Notes: a model not told the origin generated them from the sequence alone. DNA of 32,000 nucleotides from Mycoplasma mycoides subsp. capri (GCF_018389705.1 NZ_CP065581.1:120001-152000), one strand, 5' to 3'. Counted from the stretch's first letter, positions 11,752 to 18,842 are shown. Translations and numbers: made by a program.

Positions 11752-12851
11752 TTATTTTCCCTTCATTTATACCCACGCTGATGAAGGGTGATTAGTGAAT
11801 CTAGGGTTGAAATTAATAAAGATATCTTTTGTTGTTCTTTTGGATCGGAACTAGATATAATTTTCATCTTTTCCATTTCGCTTGTTGTTAACATCGGCAT
11901 TGCAACTCATGTTACGCTTTTACTTGTATTTTTTGAAATGATTATCGAGAAATATTCGTTCACATTAAAGTGTTTTTTAGTTAGTATTCCGCAATGAGAA
12001 GTTGCAAAAAAACTATGTTTTCTGTAAAAAACCGTCCCCGCTTTAGCACCATCGGTTGTTCAAGTTATTGCATCCTCAAATGTGTATTTATTATAATAGC
12101 CGATTAAACCATTTTCGGTTGTTTGTGATGAATAAACGGGGTATTTAAAGTCACCAGTCTTTATAGAACTCATGTCTTTTTTTGTTATTCCTAAACCCCT
12201 ATCAATATTAAATATTTCTCCTATTTTTCACTGTTCTCAAGTGTGAGTGTATTTTTGTACTTTTTTTAAAAATCGAGTTGAAAATTTTAAAAAATCAAAG
12301 ACAAAATTTCTGAATTTTCAAAAATTACACTCTCACTGATGAAGGGTGATTAGTGAATCTAGGTTAGAAAATAATGATGAAATTCTTATTTTTTCAGTTA
12401 ATTTAGGAAGTTTCATTTCAAATAAAGAAAATTTTGATATTCAATGTCTTTCATGAGCTTCTGGTTCAAAATTTAAGCTTTTAATTAATAAAAAGTTAAA
12501 AAATAAATTATCATTATTTTTTCTATTTGACAACAACTTGATAGCTGAACTTTTTACCTTAAAATTAAAATTAATCAAGTGTATTGCTGTTGTAAAGTCA
12601 TCAAATATTAAAACAGGTTTTTCATTATTTACATATTTGATTCCAAAATTTTCTCTTGTGTAACCTAATATAAATGACTTACCTGCGGTTAACACAGGAA
12701 TTCCTGACTTTGTATATTTTTCTGATTTAACAATGTAATTCGTTGGTTGTTCATATATAAGTAGATTACCCAACTTTTCCTGTTCTCAAGTGTTTGTTAA
12801 TTTTAAGTTGTTTTTGGTTTTATTAAAATCAATATAGACTAAAAAATACAC
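11703..12851 (-). CDS. hsdS: Inverted second hsdS locus (hsdS'): donor array of two TRD cassettes (a' identical to expressed TRD1, plus novel TRD 'c'). Probably not a functional S subunit as it stands.
   Basis: Under code 4 the minus-strand frame is open from the upstream stop (12867-12869) down to TAA at 11705-11703; I checked it codon by codon. It encodes ...LKLTNTWEQEKLGN-TRDa-NLDSLITLHQ, a non-conserved spacer, TWEQWKIGE-TRDc (GDFKYPVYSSQTTENGLIGY...TWTTDGAKAGTVFYR, typical HsdS TRD motifs), then TLDSLITLHQRGYKW.... There is no ATG and no RBS. The only candidate start is GTG 12851-12849, so both ends are uncertain. The last 49 nt overlap the recombinase start in another frame. Confidence 0.6.
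11761..11778. repeat. Right junction of the recombinase cassette: 11-bp direct repeat CTTCATTTATA (11761-11771) + IR arm ACCCACGC (11771-11778)
   Basis: Exact 11-bp direct repeat of 10820-10830. ACCCACGC is the reverse complement of GCGTGGGT at 10812-10819. It lies 9 nt upstream of the recombinase ATG and directly abuts C-box B4. Confidence 0.75.
11775..11805 (-). repeat. C-box copy B4, inverted (follows donor TRD c)
   Basis: The reverse complement of 11775-11805, CCTAGATTCACTAATCACCCTTCATCAGCGT, is a 31-bp exact match to 6910-6940 and 7489-7519. Confidence 0.9.
12231..12241 (-). repeat. N-box core copy A4, inverted (precedes donor TRD c)
   Basis: The reverse complement is CTTGAGAACAG, an 11-bp exact match to the cores at 6483-6493 and 7044-7054. 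The donor copies A3 and A4 share 14 bp (ACACTTGAGAACAG). Confidence 0.7.
12336..12790 (-). repeat. Right arm of the 455-bp perfect inverted repeat (cassette a' of hsdS')
   Basis: Reverse complement of 6483-6937. Confidence 0.9.
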
Positions 12852-12910
12852 TTTAAATTTGTTAATTTAGTTAATATCTAAAATTGATAAAATTGTAAAT
12901 AGAGGTTAAT

Positions 12911-13918
12911 ATGTCAATAAGTACTTTTCATACCTATCTTTTAGATAGCACAGATTATATTAAATATGTCAATAAAAGTTGAACTGGAGTAATATATAAA
13001 ATTTCAAAAAACTTTATTAATAATGAACAAGTAAAAAATGAAGTAGATCTTAAATCTGCTGGTATTTATTTTCTAGTCAAACAAGATGTTACAAATAAAA
13101 GTGTTTATATAGGTCAAGCAGATGTAAGAAATGATAACACAGGAATACTTACAAGAGTACTAGCTCATTTTAAAGAACCAAAAACAAAAGATTTTGATTA
13201 TGTTTATATTTTAACTAGTACAAATAACTTGCTAGGAGCAACTGAACTTAAATACTTAGAGTATTGTTTTATTAATAGAGTTGATAATAAATTAATTAGT
13301 CTAAAAAATGAGAATTCAGGAAGTAAGGGTAATATATCTTTATATGATCAAAAACATTGAGAAGATTTTTTAGATAATACAATTACTATTTTTAGATCTA
13401 TAGGTTTTGATATTTTTACAAGAAAAATAAATACTAAACAAGAATCTTTAAACCTATTATTGGATAACAAACAAACTAGTAAGAATAGTTATTTTAAAAT
13501 GGTAAAAAAAGATAAGCATACAAAACAAATCTTAACTGCTTATTGTATAAAAAGAGATGATAAATGAGTTGTTCTAGCAGGTTCTCAAATAAGATTAAAT
13601 AATAGTAATTTTAATTATTTTAAAAATATGTTCAAATCAATTAAAGAAAAAAGAGATGATTTAATTTCTAAGCAAAAAATAATTAATGGAATATTACAAG
13701 AAGATCAGGAATTTAGTTCAAGTTCTTATGCTTCAGTTTTTGTTTTAGGTAGATCTAGTAATGGTAAACAAGAATGAAAACCTTGTAATAAAATACCAGA
13801 CTTGAGTAATTTATTATCAAAATCAAATAGTATAGATAAAGAAATTTTATATAGAATTTGTAAGAATAGAAGAAATGATAAGAATAAAAAAATAATTGCT
13901 TATTGTAAAAAAAACTAA
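12911..13918 (+). CDS. GIY-YIG nuclease domain protein with a C-terminal DUF4357-like module (reading frame ends in an A8 tract)
   Basis: ATG 12911 after an AGAGG RBS. AGIYFLVKQDVTNKSVYIGQA gives GIY, a 12-residue gap, then YIG. It is followed by the conserved R (TRVLAH) and E (ELKYLEY). The C-terminal module ends SSYASVFVLGRSSNGKQEWK. Several TGA(Trp) codons. TAA 13916-13918 lies immediately after A8 (13907-13914). Confidence 0.75.
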
Positions 13919-14147
13919 TGAAAACAAATTTGTTGTACTAAAAAACTCAGATATTGAAATGATTGAAGCTAATCACTTTAAAACAAAACTTTTACATATT
14001 CATAATTTAAGAAAAGAATGTATAAAAAACAAAATTATAGTTGATTATAAACTTTTAGATTATGTTGAATTTAAATCTTTATCTAGTGCTTCATCTTTTG
14101 TTTTAGGTAGATCTAGTAATGGAAATATTGACTGAGAAAAACAATAA
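13896..14147 (+). pseudogene. Second DUF4357-like module, out of frame with the preceding gene (frameshifted 3' part of the same gene)
   Basis: The frame of ORF 13896-14135 continues through TGA(Trp) to TAA 14145-14147. It encodes ...KFVVLKNSDIEM...LSSASSFVLGRSSNGNIDWEKQ, parallel to module 1. A 27-bp identical stretch occurs at 13738-13764 and 14096-14122. Removing one A from A8 fuses both parts into a 411-aa ORF. Confidence 0.7.
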
Positions 14148-14693
14148 CATGATATAAAAAAACTAGATTCCCCAAATCCCCATACTCCATTTCTATAATT
14201 TAGATTTAAAAAAATTCTATTATTATTTATATTTCTAGATCAGAATAACTATTTTACATATGCTATTTTAAAAAAAAGAAAGCTATTTTAAAGATTAAAA
14301 CATACACAATTAATTTGTAAAACAAGAAATAATTTTAATAATTTATATTTTTGGGTTAACAAAAACAATAAAATACTTTTTTAAAACTTTCATAATTAAA
14401 ATTACAAAATAAAAATGCATTATTAAAAAAGTTATATTACTTTAATAAAAATAATTCTTTTAAAAAAGAGTAGTTTTTTTAGAATATAAAAAAATCGTTG
14501 CAAATAATTTTAGAGTCTACTATTGTTTTTATAGGTAAATAGTGTTACATTTGTTTTTAAGAATTTGTAGCCCTTTGTTAAAATACTATAAATTCAACAA
14601 AAATAATTTACATGTTTTAAGTGTGTGGTTATTTTTACATAAAACCTAAATTAAAGATAAAGTTTTATCTAAATTATAGAAAAAAATAATCCT

Positions 14694-16238
14694 ATGAAAA
14701 AACATTCTTATTTATACAAGTGAATATTAATTATATGATTTATTATTTCACTTTCTATCACAATACCTCTAGTATTTAAATTTATACATCTTTTTAATGC
14801 TGATGATAGTCATTCTTTAACTACTAAAATTATAATTGCTGTTTTATTAACTATTAATGGAACGATTTTTTGTTTATTTTGATTAAAATCAACACGAGAT
14901 TTAATTTTTTCTCTATTTTTCATTATCAAAAAAAAGAGTTTGTTGAAACTATATCACCCAATTACAAAAACTAAACTTAGAGAGAATTTTTTAAGTAAAA
15001 AAGTAGTTGTATTGTATTGTACTTGTGATGACTTTAGTAAGGATGCTTTATTAAGATCAATGAATCAAGATTATAAGAATTATGAAATAGTAATACTAGA
15101 TGATAGTAAAAAACTAGAACAAATTAAAGAAATTGATGAATTTAGTAATCAATATAACATTAAAGTTATTAGAAGAACAAACCGTATTGGTTATAAAGCT
15201 GGTAATTTAAATAATTATTTAAAAAATAATCCTGATTATGATTATTTTGTTGTTTTAGATAGTGATGAAATTATTCCAAATAACTTTATAACTGAATCTT
15301 TAAAGTATTTTCAATTTGATGAAAAAATTGGTGCAGTTCAGGCATATCATGCAGCAAGCAAAGGTAAAAACTTATTTCAATATTTATTAGGAGATTCTAA
15401 TAATAACACAGCACTTTCATTTCATATTATGAGAGATATTTTTGGAGAAACTTCTTTACTTGGACATGGGATGATTTTAAGCAAACAAGCTTATGAAAAA
15501 ACAGGAGGATTCCCACATTTATTAGTTGAAGATACTTCTATGTCAGCTGAACTTAAAAAACAAGGTTTTAAAATAGCTTATGCATCAAACATTTTATGTT
15601 ATGAAGATTTTCCAACTAATTATATTGCTTTAAAAAAAAGACAAAGTCGATGAACTGCTGGTAATGTTCAATATATAAGAAAGTATGGCAAGCAAAATAG
15701 AAAAATAGATTATAAATGATTTGAGAGAATAGATTTATTATTAAATCATTATTCTCTTCCATTAGTCCCAATATTTGGATTTATATTTTTAATAAACTTC
15801 ATTATTTTAGGTTTCATAGATTTTCAGGCTAGATTTTATGAAACTGCTTTTATAATTATTTGAATTTTATTTTTATTATCTCCAATTTTAGTAAATGCAA
15901 TTCATCATAGTAAGAATAAAAAAATAATTTGAATTATTCCAAATTTTATTGCAACAATTGCTACTTACACCAGTCTAACTATAACTTTACTACTATCAGT
16001 TTTTTTAGCATTGTTTAATAGAAAACCTAAGTTTATAGTCACTCCAAAAACGAATACAAAAATCTCTTTAAAATATATAATATTGCATTCGCTAATTCCT
16101 ATTTTATTTGGTGCAGTTGTAATTCTTTTAACTTATTTTTCTTGAGATTCAGTATTACCTACATTAGTAATCAGTTTGCCCTGTTTATTAACACCATTTA
16201 TTATTCTTTTTTCAAACTTTAAAATAAATGCAAAATAA
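14694..16238 (+). CDS. Integral-membrane family-2 glycosyltransferase, processive glycan-synthase type (514 aa)
   Basis: ATG 14694. ORF piece 14940-15653 is in the same frame and the gene continues through TGA(Trp) codons to TAA 16236-16238. N-terminal TM helices, D-motifs ILDDS, LDSDE and VEDT, then RQSRW (the QxxRW motif of processive GT2 synthases) and four or more C-terminal TM segments. Confidence 0.85.
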
Positions 16239-16291
16239 TTTTAATAATTTAATATTACTAATTTAATTACTCACTTTTTATAGAAAAAATG

Positions 16292-16297
16292 TATAAT
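16292..16297 (+). promoter_or_regulatory. Candidate -10 box (TATAAT) of the rplKA promoter
   Basis: TATAAT at 16292-16297, about 100 nt upstream of the rplK GTG. No convincing -35 element. Confidence 0.35.
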
Positions 16298-16316
16298 ATT
16301 TTTTAGGCGATTTTTA

Positions 16317-16356
16317 TTGTGGGAGAACTTATTTTTATAATTCATATGAACCACAG
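16317..16356 (+). promoter_or_regulatory. Possible L1-binding autoregulatory leader element upstream of rplK
   Basis: TGTGG (16318-16322) pairs with CCACA (16351-16355), and a GGGAG motif (16321-16325) reminiscent of L1 rRNA/mRNA binding sites overlaps the inner end of the left arm. Structure guessed by eye only. Confidence 0.2.
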
Positions 16357-16397
16357 CGGATAAAAAACGACCTTAAAATTATAAGGAGAACAAATTC

Positions 16398-16826
16398 GTG
16401 GCTAAAAAAATCACACGTGTAGCTAAATTAGAATTTATGGCTATGCAAGCAAAACCTGGTGCAGAATTAGCTTCACTAGGTATTAATATGCCTGCATTTA
16501 CTAGAGAATTTAACGATGCTACTAAAGATAGAGCAGGAGATGTAGTTCCTGTTGTTATTACAGCATATGATGATAAATCATTTGACTTTGTTTTAAAAAC
16601 TACACCAACAGCATATATGCTAAAAAAAGTTGCAAAAATTGAAAAAGGAGCAAGTAACTCTAGAACTCAAACTGTTGCAACTGTTACACTAGATGATATT
16701 AGATCTATAGCAGAATACAAAATGCCAGATTTAAATGCAAATACTATTGAAGCAGCTATGAAACAAGTTATTGGAACAGCTAAAAATATGGGAATTAAAG
16801 TTACTGGTATGGAGGACTTTAAATAA
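16398..16826 (+). CDS. rplK: 50S ribosomal protein L11
   Basis: GTG start after an AAGGAG RBS. MAKKITRVAKLEFMAMQAKPGAELASLGINMPAFTREFN... is unmistakably L11. Confidence 0.97.
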   Translation: MAKKITRVAKLEFMAMQAKPGAELASLGINMPAFTREFNDATKDRAGDVVPVVITAYDDKSFDFVLKTTPTAYMLKKVAKIEKGASNSRTQTVATVTLDDIRSIAEYKMPDLNANTIEAAMKQVIGTAKNMGIKVTGMEDFK

Positions 16827-17506
16827 TGGCTAAAATTAGTAAAAGATTCAAAGAAGCTTTAAGCAAAGTTGAAAAAAATAAAGTTTATCCATTAACTCAA
16901 GCTCTAGATTTAGCAAAACAAACTTCTACAACTAAATTTGATTCAACAGTTGAAATTGCATTTAATTTAAATATTGATCCTAGAAAAGCTGATCAACAAA
17001 TTCGTGGTGCTGTAGTTTTACCAGCTGGAACTGGAAAAACTCAAAGAGTTTTAGTTTTAACTAATACTAAAACTAAAGAAGCTGAACAAGCAAAAGCAGA
17101 TATTGTTGGTGGAGAAGAACTAATCAATAGAATTAAAAATGAAAACTGATTTGATTTTGATATTATTGTTGCTACTCCAGAAATGATGGCAAAATTAGGA
17201 GCAATTGGTAAAATTTTAGGTCCTAAAGGATTAATGCCAAACCCAAAAACTGGAACTGTAACTTTAGATGTTGCTAAAGCAGTTGATGATATTAAAAAAG
17301 GAAAAGTTGAATATCGTGCTGATAAAGAAGGAAATATTCATTTAATTATTGGTAAAGTTTCATTTGAAATTGAAAAATTAGAAGAAAACTTTAAAGCAGT
17401 TGTTGATGAAATAAGAAGAGTTAAACCTCAAACTGTAAAAGGTGATTACATTAAAAATGTAACTTTATCAACAACAATGGGTCCTGGTATCAAAGTTGAA
17501 TTTTAA
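16826..17506 (+). CDS. rplA: 50S ribosomal protein L1
   Basis: The ATG overlaps the rplK stop (TAATG). ORF pieces 16826-17149 and 17183-17506 are in one frame, joined via TGA(Trp) 17147-17149. [25 protein letters not shown] and [15 protein letters not shown] are L1 motifs. Confidence 0.97.
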
Positions 17507-17512
17507 TAATTA

Positions 17513-17541
17513 AACAACTCATATATGTGAGTTGTTTTTTT
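17513..17541 (+). terminator. Rho-independent terminator after rplA
   Basis: ACAACTCA (17514-17521) / TGAGTTGT (17528-17535), loop TATATG, then T7. Confidence 0.6.
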
Positions 17542-17594
17542 GTAAATAAATATAAACATAATAAAAATAAATGATAATATTATATTGCTATTAA

Positions 17595-17715
17595 TACCTA
17601 AGACAGTAACGGGGAAATTCCCTTAATCATGTTACCGAGGAAAAGACTTGTTTTAAAAAACATTTTTTGTTTTGTCCTTGGTTTAGTGTTACTAGCCAAG
17701 GTTTTTATTTTATTT
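17595..17715 (+). promoter_or_regulatory. Ribosomal protein L10 leader (rplJL autoregulatory attenuator)
   Basis: A structured, relatively GC-rich 5' UTR. GTAAC (17606-17610) pairs with GTTAC (17631-17635) around a GGGGAAATTCCC element. A terminator-like hairpin CCTTGGTT (17676-17683) / AGCCAAGG (17694-17701) is followed by a T-run, just upstream of the AGGAGG RBS of rplJ. The position and layout match Firmicutes-type L10 leaders. Confidence 0.5.
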
Positions 17716-17733
17716 AATAAAGGAGGAGTCTAA

Positions 17734-18231
17734 ATGTCAAATTCAAGACCTGCTCATGCACGTAAAGCTGAAATAGTTGCTGAAATTGTTTCAAAAATTA
17801 AAAGTGCTCAAGGTGTTGCAATTGCTGAATACAAGCATTTAACAGTTGCTAAAATGACTGAATTAAGAGTTCAAGCCTTAAAACAAAATATTGATATTAA
17901 GGTTTATAAAGATTCACTTGTAAGAAGAGCTGCTGAAGAATTAGGTTTAGTTGATTTAATTCCATTTTTAACTCAACAAAACGTGTTTATCTTCTCAAAT
18001 GAAGATTCAATTTCTGCAGCTAAATTAGTTGCAAATTTTGCTAAGAAAAATGATGCTCTTAAATTAAAAGCTGGTATTTATGAAGGTAAAGTTGTTGATA
18101 CTGCTGGAATCAACGAAGTTGCTTCATTACCATCAAAAGAAGAACTATACTCAATGTTTGCTTCAAGCTTACTATACCCATTGAGAAAAGTTATGGCTGC
18201 TATTAACGCAGTTGCTGAAACTAGAAATTAA
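17734..18231 (+). CDS. rplJ: 50S ribosomal protein L10
   Basis: ATG after AAAGGAGGAG. The sequence and its position before rplL fit L10. Confidence 0.95.
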   Translation: MSNSRPAHARKAEIVAEIVSKIKSAQGVAIAEYKHLTVAKMTELRVQALKQNIDIKVYKDSLVRRAAEELGLVDLIPFLTQQNVFIFSNEDSISAAKLVANFAKKNDALKLKAGIYEGKVVDTAGINEVASLPSKEELYSMFASSLLYPLRKVMAAINAVAETRN

Positions 18232-18303
18232 TAAACTATACAATTATTCCGTATTAGTAGCAAGATTTTAAACAATTTATATATATAAAGGAGAATTAAT
18301 ATC

Positions 18304-18672
18304 ATGCCAATCACTAAAGATGAAATTATTAAAGCATTAGAAGAAATGAAATTAAACGAATTAAACGAATTAGTTAAAGCTATTGAAGACCACTTTGGAG
18401 TTGTTGCATCAGTTGGTGTTGCAGCTGCTGCTCCAGCTGAAGCTGCAAATGCTGCTCCAACTGAAGTTTCAGTTGTTATGACTTCAGTAGGACAACAAAA
18501 AGTTGCAGTTATTAAAGTAGTTAAAGAATTAACTGGTGTAGGATTAATGGATGCTAAAAAAATTGTTGATGGAACAATGCCTGTAACTATTAAAGAACAC
18601 GTAAAACCAGAAGAAGCTGAAGAAATGAAAGCTAAATTAGTTGAAGCTGGAGCTTCAATTGATTTAAAATAA
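18304..18672 (+). CDS. rplL: 50S ribosomal protein L7/L12
   Basis: MPITKDEIIKALEEMKLNELNELVKAIEDHFGV, an Ala/Pro hinge, then KVAVIKVVKELTGVGLMDAKKIVDG...EAGASIDLK. Confidence 0.97.
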   Translation: MPITKDEIIKALEEMKLNELNELVKAIEDHFGVVASVGVAAAAPAEAANAAPTEVSVVMTSVGQQKVAVIKVVKELTGVGLMDAKKIVDGTMPVTIKEHVKPEEAEEMKAKLVEAGASIDLK

Positions 18673-18693
18673 TCAAATTTTTGAATAATTTTT

Positions 18694-18720
18694 AAACTCA
18701 CCATAATGGGTGAGTTTTTG
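18694..18720 (+). terminator. Rho-independent terminator after rplL
   Basis: ACTCACC (18696-18702) / GGTGAGT (18709-18715), loop ATAATG, then T5. Confidence 0.6.
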
Positions 18721-18842
18721 TGTGTTTAATTGCTTTTTATACTAAAAAAAAATATAATTAAATAATCGAGTGTAGTTTAGTTGTTAAGAGCTTCTGCTAT
18801 GCTCTATCTTATTTTTTGGTCAACTATAAAAGGATTAAATCT

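Noticed and set aside
11788-11997. 69-aa plus-strand ORF
   Set aside because: It is antisense to donor TRD cassette c, whose minus-strand translation has clear HsdS TRD motifs.
12871-12910. Sigma-70-like promoter for the GIY-YIG gene or a divergent hsdS' promoter
   Set aside because: TTGATA (12884-12889) and several TAAAT-like boxes occur, but the spacing is poor. In DNA this AT-rich such hexamers are too frequent to call without transcript data.
14163-14170. CTAGATTC, a possible fifth C-box copy just past the GIY-YIG gene
   Set aside because: Only 8 bp match the 28-36 bp C-box and the flanking sequence is unrelated. This is compatible with chance.
16398-16440. Alternative rplK start at the internal ATG codons (16435 / 16441) instead of GTG 16398
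   Set aside because: GTG 16398 has a well-spaced AAGGAG RBS and yields the conserved L11 N-terminus MAKKITR..., which the internal ATG codons would delete.
18228-18704. 158-aa ORF on the minus strand
   Set aside because: It is exactly antisense to rplL. Its length comes from the Ala/Glu-rich, relatively GC-rich rplL codons lacking reverse-strand stops. There is no RBS, and rplL on the plus strand is unambiguous.
18816-18842. TTG start at 18816 for the Fic-like gene, as in the ORF track
   Set aside because: ATG 18843 has a better-placed AAGGA RBS. The upstream TTG cannot be excluded, but it adds only 9 residues.
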